DNA of 57,463 bases from Candidatus Sumerlaeaceae bacterium (GTDB lineage: Bacteria > Sumerlaeota > Sumerlaeia > Sumerlaeales > Sumerlaeaceae), in assembly GCA_051003195.1 (NCBI GenBank), contig JBPCLP010000049.1, forward strand, positions 1 through 57,463. Reading direction: 5' to 3'. Under the pieces are notes generated by a model, which worked only from the letters and a program-made list of their open reading frames with translations, searched no databases and was not told the origin of the DNA. The translations under genes were made by a program, and so were the position numbers. The first letter of the stretch is position 1. Each line of letters begins with the position of its first letter. Shown piece after piece: positions 1-10,681 of this stretch.

Positions 1-1
1 G

Positions 2-736
2 CTTGCGCCTGCCTTCAGCGCTTGCGCGCTTGAGGGTACTACGATGACGCTGGCGCAAGTGCACGAGCTGTTTCGTGCTGGTAATTCGGCATATCAGCAG
101 CAACAGTTCGAAAGCGCTCGCGCAAGCTACCTTCAGATTGCAGAAGCCGGTGTGCAATCGCCAGAGTTCTTTTATAACCTCGGGAACGCTTGCGCGCGGT
201 TGAAGAGGACCGCGGAAGCCGTTCAGTATTTTAGCCGCGCAAGAGATCTCGCACCGCATGATCCCGATGTCCTGGCCAACCTGAGCCGTGTCGCTCCGAC
301 AGGTGTTAACAACGCCGCACCCACGGACCCATTCCGATGGATGGAAAACCGGCTCAGCCTGAGGCAATGGATGGCTGTATTCCTGATCGTTTATATCTTG
401 TTTGGGGCAGCCGGAGCAGCTTACCTTGGCACCATTGGCGGCCAGCGCCCCGCTGCGTTGCGTTATGCAATTTGGTCACTCGCTGCCGCCACCATTATCG
501 TGGGCGTGTTTGCGGCGCGCAAGCATTACGCCAGTCATAATGTGCAAAAGGCTGTGGTCGCGCGGCCTGCCCTATCCGTTCGTAGCGGCCCTGCCGATAC
601 TTTTGCCCAGGTCGATTCCCTGCCGGAGGGGCAGATTGTAAGGAGCCTTGGCTCAGCGGAGGAAGGCTGGGCGCGCGTCCAATTATCCGACGGCCGTAAA
701 GGCTATGTTCCCGCCGGGTCCCTGTTGTTTATCTAA
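2..736 (+). CDS. BatE-like TPR + transmembrane + SH3b protein (probably 5'-partial)
   Basis: TPR (FYNLGNA..LAPHDPDVLANL), two TM helices, C-terminal SH3b (VRSGP..GWARVQLSDGRKGYV). The frame is open from nt 2 (LAPAFSACALEG, signal-peptide-like), so the true start may lie before the window; ATG at 44. Confidence 0.75.
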   Translation, partial: LAPAFSACALEGTTMTLAQVHELFRAGNSAYQQQQFESARASYLQIAEAGVQSPEFFYNLGNACARLKRTAEAVQYFSRARDLAPHDPDVLANLSRVAPTGVNNAAPTDPFRWMENRLSLRQWMAVFLIVYILFGAAGAAYLGTIGGQRPAALRYAIWSLAAATIIVGVFAARKHYASHNVQKAVVARPALSVRSGPADTFAQVDSLPEGQIVRSLGSAEEGWARVQLSDGRKGYVPAGSLLFI

Positions 737-753
737 TCTTTGGCGAACTTGCT

Positions 754-844
754 CAAGTGTGCCGTTCATATCTATACTTCAGGAAGCTTTCGAGCTCGGA
801 CGGCACACAAAACCAGTGAACGAATGATTGGGACACCACACTAC
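754..844 (+). repeat. MITE-like repeat copy A (degenerate, ~9-nt internal deletion)
   Basis: CAAG-TGTGCCGT..TTCATATCTATACTTCAGGAAGCTTT..ACGGCACAC..ACCACA-CTAC; aligns by eye with the copies at 30784 and 57424. Confidence 0.75.
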
Positions 845-921
845 CTGGACAGTTTTGCCCACTTGCGTTTTGAAATCGCGCTTCGCTGCACTGATCCGGC
901 AGAAACCTGGAGGAACCGGAA

Positions 922-1944
922 TTGGCGGAGAGGCATGGAGTAGCGGGCGCAGGCAACTGGATCATTGACCAGGTTAAGGTAATTGATCGCTTCCCGGAAG
1001 AAGAGCGCCTTGCGATCATCCTGGAGGAAACTCGCGGCACAGGGGGAGCGCCTTATAACGTGCTGGTGGGCTTGCGCTGTCTTGATGGCAGCCTGCCGCT
1101 GGAGGCAATCGGCGTTGTCGGAAATGACGCAAATGGTGAGTACATCCTCGAGCATCAGCGACGGCTGAACATTGCGCAGGCGTTGATGCGCACCAGCGAC
1201 AAATTGCCGACATCCTACACAGACGTAATGAGTGTGCAGTCCACAGGACGCCGCACTTTTTTTCATAACCGCGGAGCCAACGCGCTGCTATGTGGTGAGG
1301 ACTTCGAGTTCGACCGCGTTCGCGCCAAAATTCTCCACTTGGGATATCTGATGCTTCTGGATGCCATGGACGAACCGGATGAAGCGGATCCGACGCGCCC
1401 ATGTGCAGCACGCGTGCTGGAGGAAGCGCAATCGTTGGGCATTCTGACTTCACTGGACATGGTCAGCGACCTCTCGCCACGGCTACACCATGTGGTCGCA
1501 CCAACGCTTCGCCACGTCGATTACTTCATCGCGAATGAACTGGAGGCGGGCGCTCTTGCCGAGGTCGCCATTCGCGATGAGAGCAACCACCTGTTGCGTA
1601 ATAACCTGCCACAGATTGCGGAGGTTCTTTTCTCCAAGGGCGTTGCAAGGCTGGTCTGCATCCACGCGCCTGAAGGTGGCTTCTGGATGGAGAAAGGTGG
1701 GCGACCTCTCTTTAAGCCGTCTCTCAACGTGCCGCAGCTTATCAACAAAGGCACCGCAGGTGCAGGCGACGCCTTTTGTGGCGGTATTCTGTACGGTTTG
1801 CACGAGGGCTGGGATGAAGACCGATGTCTGACGCTTGCCGTCGCTCACGCGGCTCAAAGCCTGAGTCACCCCACTACAACAGGCGGACTGAAGTCACTTT
1901 CCGAAACGGTTGCTTTAGTGGATCGGTTTGGCTATCGGGAATAG
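922..1944 (+). CDS. PfkB-family carbohydrate kinase
   Basis: GGAPYNV, GVVGND, ANELEA and GTAGAGDAFCGG motifs; TTG start with GGAGG upstream. Confidence 0.9.
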   Translation: MAERHGVAGAGNWIIDQVKVIDRFPEEERLAIILEETRGTGGAPYNVLVGLRCLDGSLPLEAIGVVGNDANGEYILEHQRRLNIAQALMRTSDKLPTSYTDVMSVQSTGRRTFFHNRGANALLCGEDFEFDRVRAKILHLGYLMLLDAMDEPDEADPTRPCAARVLEEAQSLGILTSLDMVSDLSPRLHHVVAPTLRHVDYFIANELEAGALAEVAIRDESNHLLRNNLPQIAEVLFSKGVARLVCIHAPEGGFWMEKGGRPLFKPSLNVPQLINKGTAGAGDAFCGGILYGLHEGWDEDRCLTLAVAHAAQSLSHPTTTGGLKSLSETVALVDRFGYRE

Positions 1945-2066
1945 ATGATGTCCACCACCTCGATAGCCTTAAAACATCAATTCGCGTGATACCTCCCCCT
2001 GTTGCCGTGCAAGGCACCAACACGGCAGACGTTCGCCGCACCGACGCAGGCGGAAACATCTGGCCC

Positions 2067-3605
2067 ATGACGGTCTGCCGCATTTTGGCAATTCTTTTCC
2101 CGCTTCTTTTGCTTCTCATAATCTTCGATCGCAGAACCGAGGTGTGGACACAGAGAGTTGCATGGGCGACCGTATTGCTCGCGGCAATGTTTGATCGGGA
2201 ACTGATTTCCGGGAAGCGAATTCGAATCTTCTTTATGACCCTGCTGCTTCCGATGGCAGGAGGGATGCTCCTGCTGATGGCGATTGATGCGCGCGACACA
2301 ATCTTGCTGCCGCTTTTCCGCTACCAGGTTTTAATCCTCTGGGCAGCGGTGGCGTGGCTTTATTGCATTTACCCGGCACGCGCGATTTCGGATGCGACGC
2401 CATTCGCACCGGCCGCGTGGATTCTCAGCTTAATAATGGGCATCCTTGTACTGTTCGCTGCCTGGGCACTGCTCTCTGGAATTCTTTCGATCAGTCCGAA
2501 GTTTTCATTCAAACTCCTGGGCGCTGAACTTTTGCCCTATACCGCGTTTGTACTGCTCATCCCGCGATTTATCCTTCAGGCTTCACGGGCAACCATCCAG
2601 GTTTCTGCCGACGCTTGCTGGTGGGTGATTGTCGCCGCCAGCATCGGATTTTCTGTCGTTTTACTTGTGAACCTGCTTGGCGGCGCGCCTGCGCTGTGGC
2701 AATACAATCACCAGTTTTTTCGCGTCGATGCAGACGCCCCCATGACATTGCGTCTGCAGTATCTGTTTCAGCACCATAACCGTGCAGGCATTTTTGCCGC
2801 AGCCGCGCTCTTTTTATGCCTTGCAGGCCTTGTCGGACCTCTATGGCGCCATGTCATCGCGTTGAGCGCAGCCGCAAGCGCCGCAATTGGACTACCGTAC
2901 ACCACCACCCGCGGTGCACTTGTAGCTGCAGCTATTGGCGCCGTCGTACTTCTGCTGGGCTATGCACTTGCGCGTCGCGCAAAGCAGGCCTTCATCGCGC
3001 TTGTCATTGCGATGCCAATCGTCTGGTTTTTCACGCCGACGCAATACCGTGCCCACATCGCACGCGTCTTTTCGCGCCAACAATATCAGGGCTGGCAGGG
3101 CGGCAGCATCAACGCCCGGCTCATCATATGGGAAAGCACCATCTCGATGATCGATAAACGGCCCTGGCTGGGATTTGGATACGGTTTCGAAAACTTTGAA
3201 ACGGCGGCGCAGACGGATCACCCGCACATTGCCGGGTACTTTGAAGGAGCCGTGCACGCACATAACCAGTGGCTCGAAACCGCAGCTGAAACGGGAATTC
3301 CGGGTGCCGTGCTCTTGCTGGGTTTTACAATGATGCGCATTGGTTGGCTCGGCTGGTCCTGGTGGAAAGTACGCCGCGCTAATGCCAGGTTAGCATCATT
3401 GCTGCTGACATGGCTTGCGCTGGAGGTCACACTTCAGGCATACGGTCTTACAAATTATGCTCTGCGGCGAGGTCTTGGCCTGATGATATACAGCATCTGG
3501 GGCGGCAGCATCGCACTATGTGTCCGTGCGTTAATGACCGATGCCGCAGGTCGAGTGCTGGATGTCCGCACTGTTAACGACTCTGCCAAAGCCAGTACGG
3601 CATAG
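2067..3605 (+). CDS. O-antigen ligase / Wzy_C family membrane protein
   Basis: Many TM helices; TTTRGAL, ARLIIW..MI..RPWLGFGYG and HAHNQWLETAAETGIPG motifs. Start moved from 1824 (which overlaps pfkB) to the in-frame ATG at 2067. Confidence 0.85.
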   Translation: MTVCRILAILFPLLLLLIIFDRRTEVWTQRVAWATVLLAAMFDRELISGKRIRIFFMTLLLPMAGGMLLLMAIDARDTILLPLFRYQVLILWAAVAWLYCIYPARAISDATPFAPAAWILSLIMGILVLFAAWALLSGILSISPKFSFKLLGAELLPYTAFVLLIPRFILQASRATIQVSADACWWVIVAASIGFSVVLLVNLLGGAPALWQYNHQFFRVDADAPMTLRLQYLFQHHNRAGIFAAAALFLCLAGLVGPLWRHVIALSAAASAAIGLPYTTTRGALVAAAIGAVVLLLGYALARRAKQAFIALVIAMPIVWFFTPTQYRAHIARVFSRQQYQGWQGGSINARLIIWESTISMIDKRPWLGFGYGFENFETAAQTDHPHIAGYFEGAVHAHNQWLETAAETGIPGAVLLLGFTMMRIGWLGWSWWKVRRANARLASLLLTWLALEVTLQAYGLTNYALRRGLGLMIYSIWGGSIALCVRALMTDAAGRVLDVRTVNDSAKASTA

Positions 3606-3659
3606 GGCTTCTCTTTCTTAGTGCGGACACACTTGAGGTATGGCATCTACAAGTCTTGA

Positions 3660-5444
3660 ATGGGCACTAAACGCAGAACGTTTCTTTCGCCACGCGCCAT
3701 CCGCCGGCTGTGGTGGGCCCCGGCTGCCATCTGGTTTCTTGCGTGGCATTTCTTCGGCGTCTGGGAGGTCTGGCGCGATCCGCTCAACCAGGTACCTGGA
3801 CCACTCGGGGATAACATCGTCATGTTATGGAACCTCGGTTGGATGCGTTACGCGCTCTCACATGGCGATCCCGGTTTCTGGTTTCCGACGGCCTACTATC
3901 CGCAGGGATTCCTGTTTCTTTTCAGCACGCACACCTGGCTCGATGGAGTGCTCGGCTTCCTGTTCTCGCCGCTTCTCCCACGCGGACCCGCAGGCACAGT
4001 ACTGTGGGCAAACATCGTACAGCTGTTCGCCACAACCGCAACGGGCCTGCTCACCATGGCGGCGCTGCGGCAATTCGGTGTGCGCAGCTGGCTCATTCAA
4101 TTAGTGGGGGCCAGCGCGCTCACCTTCTGCTGGTTTCGCGTTTACGCCGGCACCGGGCACTACCACTTTTATGGCACGCAGTGGATGCTTGCTGCGTTGC
4201 TCTCCGCCGCCTATGCGCGGCGTCTCCTGCGTAGCGGGTTTAGCAGACCGGGCCTTTTGTGGTCTTTCGTCGCAGGGGGGCTGACGGGTCTATCGTTTTT
4301 AAATGACCAGACGCACGCTATTTTCGCGGCCATACTCTTTACTTGTACGATGGCGTCGCTGTCGTTCTCCGGCACAACGGTCCAAAGGCAGACCGTGCTT
4401 GCCTCCCTTGCCGTCGGAGCCATTGGCGCAATTCTCATCAGCAGCATTCATCTCATTCCGATTCTTCGCGCCGTCAGCACTGGTCAATTTACTTATAAGG
4501 TGGCCATGCTGCATGTACCCCGGATCGTCGATGCCACCAGCATCCTGCTGCCGCCAGACCGTCACCTTATGGGCGGGCCGTTTGCAAACTTACGCGGTAC
4601 GCACCAGTTCACCAGCCAGGAGGGCGCTTTTCTGGGAATGTCCGGCTACTTGTTCATTGCGTGCGGCATCGCAGCGAGCATGTCAGCCTTCAGGTACACA
4701 ACGCGCAGGCGTACACTGATTTGGCGCTCTGCAGTGGCAACGGTACTTGGGTGTTTGTTTCTGTTGTTTGCGTATGGCGAGCTTCTTACCATCGGGCAAA
4801 ACAGTTACTTCTGGATGCCAGGGCGGCTGCTTCGCCACGTCCCCGTACTCAATAATATCCGCCTTCTCCAGCGCTGGATTTGGCCGGCGCAAATCTGTCT
4901 CACGGTCGCGGGCACCTCAGCTATTTTCTATTGGTGGGGCACAAGGCTATCCGCGCCGCGAAAGGCGCTTTTGCTGGCATGGGCAGCGCTAGCCTCCGCG
5001 GAGGGGAAATGGTATCCGCCGGCCGAGCCGACACACATCCACAGCAATTTCATGGATCCCCCCGGATTAGTCGCATCCATACAGAAGTTGCGCATAAAAG
5101 GTGGTGTGCTGATGATGCCTATGGAAAAGGCATATGCGCACTCCAATCATCTCCAATTTCTTGGCGGCTACGACATTCCTGTGACCACAGCCTACACCGC
5201 GCGCGCCCCATTTGACGTTACCCATCCACCGTGGCAAGGCACTAGTTGGACCGCCGAATCCGGCGAGTGGCTGCGCGACCGCCAGGTCTCGGTCGTCGTG
5301 TTCCACGACTATGAAGGCACCCTGCTCACATCGTCGCAATTGCAGGGTTATTCAGACTGGATTGAAAACGCCAGGCAAGCAATACCTGGACTGATCGTGA
5401 TGAACCGCAATGGTGTTGAGGTCACCGTCCCTGCCTCTAAATAG
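3660..5444 (+). CDS. Polytopic membrane protein, GT-C/YfhO-like glycosyltransferase candidate
   Basis: GD..MLWNLGW..YYPQG..LFSTH N-terminal loop, many TM helices, PVLNNIRLLQRW; follows the O-antigen ligase gene. Confidence 0.6.
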   Translation: MGTKRRTFLSPRAIRRLWWAPAAIWFLAWHFFGVWEVWRDPLNQVPGPLGDNIVMLWNLGWMRYALSHGDPGFWFPTAYYPQGFLFLFSTHTWLDGVLGFLFSPLLPRGPAGTVLWANIVQLFATTATGLLTMAALRQFGVRSWLIQLVGASALTFCWFRVYAGTGHYHFYGTQWMLAALLSAAYARRLLRSGFSRPGLLWSFVAGGLTGLSFLNDQTHAIFAAILFTCTMASLSFSGTTVQRQTVLASLAVGAIGAILISSIHLIPILRAVSTGQFTYKVAMLHVPRIVDATSILLPPDRHLMGGPFANLRGTHQFTSQEGAFLGMSGYLFIACGIAASMSAFRYTTRRRTLIWRSAVATVLGCLFLLFAYGELLTIGQNSYFWMPGRLLRHVPVLNNIRLLQRWIWPAQICLTVAGTSAIFYWWGTRLSAPRKALLLAWAALASAEGKWYPPAEPTHIHSNFMDPPGLVASIQKLRIKGGVLMMPMEKAYAHSNHLQFLGGYDIPVTTAYTARAPFDVTHPPWQGTSWTAESGEWLRDRQVSVVVFHDYEGTLLTSSQLQGYSDWIENARQAIPGLIVMNRNGVEVTVPASK

Positions 5445-6402
5445 TGCCGTCCGGAGTGTGGGTATGGCGCCGCGCAGCCGCGACCGAGGCTAGAATCGAA
5501 ACAATCAGAATGCCTGCAATCGTGGCAAGGGAAACGCCAATTGGGACTTCAATGTGCACGATCGGAAGCAGCATTTTAATCCCCACAAACGCCAGCACCA
5601 GAGCTAAACCATACTTGAGATAGCGAAACATGTCCATTACTCCCGCGAGCACAAAATACAACGCACGCAGTCCAAGGATTGCGAACACATTGGAAGTGTA
5701 GATAATAAACGGGGATCTTGTTACGGCAAACACTGCGGGTATCGAATCGAGAGCGAACAACAGGTCTGTCGTCTCAATAATCAGCAGCACCAGAAAGAGA
5801 ACGGTGACGTACCATTTCCCCTCTATTTTCACAAAAAACTTCTGCCCATGATCTCCTTCCACTATCGGCAGCATCTTACGCGCAGCACGATACACATAGC
5901 CTTTGGTCGGATTCTGATGCGTCACGTCAGTCAGCGCCATTTTGATTCCTGTGTAAATGAGAATGGCGCCAAAAACATACAGAATCGATTCAAAGCGCGT
6001 AATAAGCGCGCTGCCAGCCCAGATCATAATACCGCGTAATACCAGGGCACCTATAATTCCCCAGAACAGCAGACGGTGCTGATACATTTTTGGAACTTTG
6101 AAGTACGTGAAAATCATTACGAACACGAAGATGTTGTCAACGCTCAGCGCCTCTTCGAGAAGGTATCCCGCCAGGAATTCCTGTCCGATCTGTGCGCCAA
6201 ACTTAAAGTAGAGCCACACATTAAAGATCGCGGCGAAGCCAACGCAGATTCCGCTCCAGATCAACGCTTCGCGAAAACGGACCTCGTGAGCTTTGCGATT
6301 CAATACGCCCAGATCCACTGCAAGCATGCACAACACGAAAATCCCAAATGCGACATATGCCCACGTAGGAAAGTTGATAATCATTGGGGCAGTGGCGCTC
6401 AA
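5437..6402 (-). CDS. TerC/Alx family membrane protein (metal, probably Mn, homeostasis)
   Basis: GYLLEEALSVDNIFVF, QHRLLFWGIIGALVLR, IETTDLLFALDSIPA and SNVFAILGLRALYF; TTG start with AAGGAGGAG RBS. Confidence 0.93.
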   Translation of the reverse strand: MSATAPMIINFPTWAYVAFGIFVLCMLAVDLGVLNRKAHEVRFREALIWSGICVGFAAIFNVWLYFKFGAQIGQEFLAGYLLEEALSVDNIFVFVMIFTYFKVPKMYQHRLLFWGIIGALVLRGIMIWAGSALITRFESILYVFGAILIYTGIKMALTDVTHQNPTKGYVYRAARKMLPIVEGDHGQKFFVKIEGKWYVTVLFLVLLIIETTDLLFALDSIPAVFAVTRSPFIIYTSNVFAILGLRALYFVLAGVMDMFRYLKYGLALVLAFVGIKMLLPIVHIEVPIGVSLATIAGILIVSILASVAAARRHTHTPDGTI

Positions 6403-6527
6403 TGTTTCTCCTCCTTTCCCGTATTGTTGCCAAGCGGGTTTAGGTGTAAAGTAATCCGTGGTGTCATTCAGTCACGCAGTACACCCATCATCGCCAAAGC
6501 AATGCAAAAGCCGCTTTTATAATCATC

Positions 6528-7121
6528 TTAGCGTAATACTTGCAAAAGCAATGGAAGCATCGCCCGCAAAGCTTTGCCTCGGTGACTAATCTCATTCTTA
6601 ACATGCGCATCGACCTCGGCCAGATGGCGTCCGGCCTCAGGAACGTAGAAAATTGGATCGTAGCCGAATCCCTTCGTGCCACGCCTCTCCCGCGCGATGA
6701 TTCCTTCCAGCGTACCCTGGGTCTGTGCCAGTACGCCTCCTGGCCGCGCTAATACCATCGCGCACTCGAATCGTGCAGTCCTCTCACCGTCAGGTACCAT
6801 TTGCATTTCGCCCAAAAGTTTCGAGATTCTCTCTTCATCGGTTGCGGCATAACGCGAAGAATGAATGCCCGGCCGTCCCATCAAAGCGTCAACCACGAGG
6901 CCACTGTCATCCGCAAGTGCCAGCAAGCCTGATTCAGCCGCGTAATATACTGCCTTCTGTCGCGCGTTTTCCAGGAACGTCTGCCCGCTTTCGTCCGGCT
7001 CCGGAATCTCCGGCAATTCGGCTGCCGAGCAGACCTCCACGCCGTCAACACACGCCAGGATCTCCCGCATTTCCTGAACCTTTTTGTTGTTTTTCGTAGC
7101 GAGCAAAAGTGTGCCGGCCAT
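6528..7121 (-). CDS. rdgB: dITP/XTP pyrophosphatase (Ham1 family)
   Basis: ATKNNKK, TFLENARQKA, ADDSGL, GFGYDPIF and KNEISHRGKA motifs. Confidence 0.95.
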   Translation of the reverse strand: MAGTLLLATKNNKKVQEMREILACVDGVEVCSAAELPEIPEPDESGQTFLENARQKAVYYAAESGLLALADDSGLVVDALMGRPGIHSSRYAATDEERISKLLGEMQMVPDGERTARFECAMVLARPGGVLAQTQGTLEGIIARERRGTKGFGYDPIFYVPEAGRHLAEVDAHVKNEISHRGKALRAMLPLLLQVLR

Positions 7122-7192
7122 GAGGAGCGCCTGTTTCTTAGCTTACGCATTTAGTGTTGCGGATCGATTCGCCGCAGGTGAATTTCAACTCA

Positions 7193-9220
7193 ATGATTCC
7201 GCGTATTCTTTCCTCTGCAATTCTTTTTGGACTCATGTCAGCTTGCCTGCTGCTCCTCACCGGCTGCAACAATCAGCCCGGATCGGTAACCACCGACGGA
7301 ACGCAGAGAGTGGCCGGCAAGCTCGGCACCCTCGAGGGGCAGGTGCTGCTTTCGGTACCAGACTCGATTACCAGCCATACCGGCATCGTGGTTTATCTGG
7401 CCGGAACCTCCTTCCTGGCGCGCACGAGTGCATCGGGTGCTTACCGGATTGATAATCTTCCTGCCGGCTCCTACCAAATACTCGCAGAAAAAAACGACTT
7501 TCAAATTACGGTCGTGGACAATTTGGTGTTAGATCCAGCCAGGCACACCCCGCAGAAACCAGCCATTACGAAGGTCGCTATCCTGGAAGCGCTCGCTAAT
7601 AGTGGGACACGAAATGGCGCGACCGATCTCGGGACTGTACAAGGTACTGTCTATCTACAGGGCCAGGAGAAGAGCGACGGAGTCCGCGTCCAACTCGAAG
7701 GCACGCAGTTTGTCACGGTAAGCGGCGACGACGGTTCGTATCGTTTGCTCAATGTGCAACCGGGCACATACTCCATTACATTCACGCGTGTCGATTACAA
7801 GCCGTACAAGGCGACAGGTCTGGTTGTCGCCGCAGGCTCCGCCACCACCGTCCCCGATACCGCACTCGAAAGCACGCACCGTGCTGTGCTGATCGGAACA
7901 CCTTCCATGGACAACAACACCACGGTCCCTGCCACACCTGTCGGCACCCCCATCGTCGCCAGCCGCATGTCCGGAGATCGGGTGATCAGCGGAATCGTAC
8001 AGCTTTCGGATCTCGAAGGCAAGCCCGTCACCGATTATAACCGCGCGATGGTCGCAATTAACGACAGTGACATTGTCGCGACGCTGGATGAGGAGGGACG
8101 CTTCCGGATGGCAAATCTCGCGCCCGGTATTTATACACTGATCGGGTCGCTCGACAATGGCGAAGCAACGAGGCTTCCCGTCGATCTCACAACCCAGCAG
8201 ACCGCAACCGTTATACTAAAGATCAGCGCTGTTACAGCGCCGAAGCCCAAAGGCGCGATCACAGGGCGCGTTGTCTTGCCAGGCATTGACGACGAGCCCA
8301 TGCCGGATGCCTCCGGCGTTCGCATTGGAATTGCAGGCACCCAGTCCACCGCGTTGTCAGCCGCGGACGGCAGCTTTAAGCTCCAGGATGTTCCCGAGGG
8401 CAGCTATCAGCTGGTTGCGACAAAGGATGGCTTCGAAGATTTCAGCCAGGGTGGAGTCGAGGTCGCGGGCGGTTCGCCTACCGATGTCGGCGTGCTGACC
8501 CTCGAACCTAAACGCGACTACCCACGCGTCATTGGGACCGTGCCCCAGAACGGCACTCGTAATGTGCCTGTCGGACTCGATATCCTCCTTCAGGTAAAGT
8601 TCAGCAAACGCATGGATCCGGCGAAGATTCGCGAGGCCGTTTCCGTTCGTCCGCCCACTGCCGCACAGGTGCTGTTCGGCCGAGGCAGCCATCCACTGGC
8701 AGATGATGATGCCCTGGTCGTTGTTTTGTCCAGCCTGAGCGAAGACGCGCCGATTCGCTTCGGCACGAATTACCAGTTGGCAATCGCGCGCACCGCCACC
8801 GACGTCGACGGGGTCCCCATGCGTGAGGATTTCGCAATGAACTTTTCGACCGGGGCCCCTGGTATTATTGGCACTCGCCCTGGCAACGGAGAGCAGAACG
8901 TCTATGCTGACCAGAATACGATGCCGGTGCTCTTGAACTTTAATACCCGACTGAAGCCGGACTCGCTGAACGAGCGTAGCATTCGGGTCCGGCCGGACAA
9001 TGGCATCTCGATCAGTATTACACACACGGAAGATCCCCGTAATGGCTGGACGAACGTCAGGGTCGCAACCCAGTGGCAGCCCGACACCCAGTACACAATC
9101 ACCATTGGGCGCGACGTACGTGCTGCAAACGGTCAGCCGCTTGGAAACACCCCTTATACGCTAAAGTTCCGCACCAGCTCGAACCAGGTCATCCAACAAC
9201 CGATCCAGGTCGTGCGCTGA
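7193..9220 (+). CDS. Lipoprotein with about four carboxypeptidase-regulatory-like beta-sandwich repeats and two Big_5 Ig-like domains
   Basis: Lipobox LLTGC; repeated G.V.L..GV.V.L.GT..DG.Y.L.NVP.G.Y units; PRVIGTVPQNG..V.FSKRMD..F.F.T; start 7193 (alternative 7154). Confidence 0.75.
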   Translation: MIPRILSSAILFGLMSACLLLLTGCNNQPGSVTTDGTQRVAGKLGTLEGQVLLSVPDSITSHTGIVVYLAGTSFLARTSASGAYRIDNLPAGSYQILAEKNDFQITVVDNLVLDPARHTPQKPAITKVAILEALANSGTRNGATDLGTVQGTVYLQGQEKSDGVRVQLEGTQFVTVSGDDGSYRLLNVQPGTYSITFTRVDYKPYKATGLVVAAGSATTVPDTALESTHRAVLIGTPSMDNNTTVPATPVGTPIVASRMSGDRVISGIVQLSDLEGKPVTDYNRAMVAINDSDIVATLDEEGRFRMANLAPGIYTLIGSLDNGEATRLPVDLTTQQTATVILKISAVTAPKPKGAITGRVVLPGIDDEPMPDASGVRIGIAGTQSTALSAADGSFKLQDVPEGSYQLVATKDGFEDFSQGGVEVAGGSPTDVGVLTLEPKRDYPRVIGTVPQNGTRNVPVGLDILLQVKFSKRMDPAKIREAVSVRPPTAAQVLFGRGSHPLADDDALVVVLSSLSEDAPIRFGTNYQLAIARTATDVDGVPMREDFAMNFSTGAPGIIGTRPGNGEQNVYADQNTMPVLLNFNTRLKPDSLNERSIRVRPDNGISISITHTEDPRNGWTNVRVATQWQPDTQYTITIGRDVRAANGQPLGNTPYTLKFRTSSNQVIQQPIQVVR

Positions 9221-9292
9221 TGATCTGCTTTGAGGCCCTTGACAGCCCATCGCGTCAGCCGCTGCCAATAGAACGGCAAATGAACTGATGAC

Positions 9293-9325
9293 GCAGGCCA
9301 GCAATGCTGCTGACCTGCTTTTCTT
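9293..9325 (+). terminator. Possible intrinsic terminator/attenuator
   Basis: GCAGG-C-CAGCA/ATGC/TGCTG-A-CCTGC followed by TTTTCTT, 12 nt before the EIIA ATG. Confidence 0.4.
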
Positions 9326-9337
9326 AAAGAAAGCGCA

Positions 9338-9811
9338 ATGATAGACTTCGATAAGATGTTCGACGAAAACAGAATCGTCGACCTGAAAGCCACGACCAAA
9401 GAAGAAGCTCTTCGAGAGCTTGTCGACGTGCTGGCCGACTCACCCGATGTGATGGATCGCGACGAATTGCTGCACGCCATATTTGAGCGCGAGAAAGTAA
9501 TCTCCACTGGCGTGGGGATTGAAGTGGCTCTGCCGCACGTCAAAATTCCTTCGGTCAAAAATTTCGTTATCGCGGTGGGACGGTCCCACAAGGGAATTGA
9601 TTTTGAAAGCCTCGACGAGAAACCGGTCTATATCGTCGTCATGATCGGGGCAAACGATAAGCAGGCGGGTGATTTCCTGAAGGTTCTCGCCAAGCTTGTT
9701 CTGAAACTGAAGAACCGCGGATTCAGAAAACAGGTCATGTTCGCCAAGAACCCAAAACGGATAAAGGAGCTGTTCCTTTCCGACGAATTGCCAGAAGATG
9801 ATGAGGAGTAA
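9338..9811 (+). CDS. PTS EIIA domain protein (Fru/Ntr type)
   Basis: EREKVISTGVGIEVALPH phospho-His motif; GIDFESLDEKPV. Confidence 0.9.
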   Translation: MIDFDKMFDENRIVDLKATTKEEALRELVDVLADSPDVMDRDELLHAIFEREKVISTGVGIEVALPHVKIPSVKNFVIAVGRSHKGIDFESLDEKPVYIVVMIGANDKQAGDFLKVLAKLVLKLKNRGFRKQVMFAKNPKRIKELFLSDELPEDDEE

Positions 9812-9820
9812 CGGCGCGGT

Positions 9821-10681
9821 ATGAGTACTGCGATGCCGATACTTGCCGCCGAGGTGGAAGAACTTTCCGCGGTACTATCTGACAAACTCGCCATCGCAAA
9901 AGATGCACGCGCTCTCGTAATTGCCGGCAGCGGACTGGGCGGGTTTGTAAGAACCGTCCAACCCATCACTACGCTTTCCTATGCAGAGCTGCCGCACGTT
10001 GGCGCCAGCACCGTTGTTGGTCATGCCGGCAATCTGATTTACGGTACGGTGCAATTCGGAAATGGGCCGACACAGCTACTCGTCATGGCGGGCAGGCGCC
10101 ACCTGTACGAGGGCATCACCGCCCACGCATCGACACTCCTTCTGCGGGCGCTGTTGCTCGCTTTCCCGACGCTGGACACGGTCATTATCAGCAATGCCGC
10201 GGGCGGGCTGAACCGCTCATTCGAAGTCGGCGACCTCATGCTCCTCAGCGATCACGTCAACTGGACGTCACGTAATCCACTGCTCGGGCCGAACAACGAC
10301 GAATGGGGCACCCGCTTTCCTGACCTCAGCAATGTCTACAGTCGCAGGCTGCGCGACCTTGCGAAAGCCGTCGCGCTCGAAAACGGGATTCAGCTTCGTG
10401 AAGGCGTCTACATTGCTGGCCACGGTCCCAGCTACGAAACTCGCGCCGAGGTAAACATGTTGCGAAACATCATTGGCGGAGACGCAGTAGGCATGAGCAC
10501 GGTTCCTGAAGCGCTCATCTGTGCACACATGGGCCGTGAGGCGCTCGGTATCAGTTTTATCTCCAACCTGCTCACCGAACCGGCTGTCACTACACACGAA
10601 GAAGTCATGGAAAACGCGCGTAAGGTGGAGGAGAAGTTCTGCCGGCTGCTTACGGCGCTGATACCCCGGGTGACCAGTTGA
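9821..10681 (+). CDS. punA: Purine nucleoside phosphorylase (trimeric type)
   Basis: GSGLG, STVVGHAG, GRRHLYEG, NAAGG, GPSYETRAE and VGMSTVPE motifs. Confidence 0.92.
   Translation: MSTAMPILAAEVEELSAVLSDKLAIAKDARALVIAGSGLGGFVRTVQPITTLSYAELPHVGASTVVGHAGNLIYGTVQFGNGPTQLLVMAGRRHLYEGITAHASTLLLRALLLAFPTLDTVIISNAAGGLNRSFEVGDLMLLSDHVNWTSRNPLLGPNNDEWGTRFPDLSNVYSRRLRDLAKAVALENGIQLREGVYIAGHGPSYETRAEVNMLRNIIGGDAVGMSTVPEALICAHMGREALGISFISNLLTEPAVTTHEEVMENARKVEEKFCRLLTALIPRVTS

Noticed and set aside
740..943. 67-aa ORF between the BatE-like gene and pfkB
   Set aside because: It runs through repeat copy A and shows no protein-like features
6403..6527. yybP-ykoY Mn riboswitch upstream of terC/alx
   Set aside because: Expected from context, but I cannot see the consensus elements on the minus strand; an Rfam scan would settle it
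9274..9300. c-di-GMP-I riboswitch (GGCAAA..GACGCA)
   Set aside because: No P2 stem with a GNRA loop and no P3 receptor
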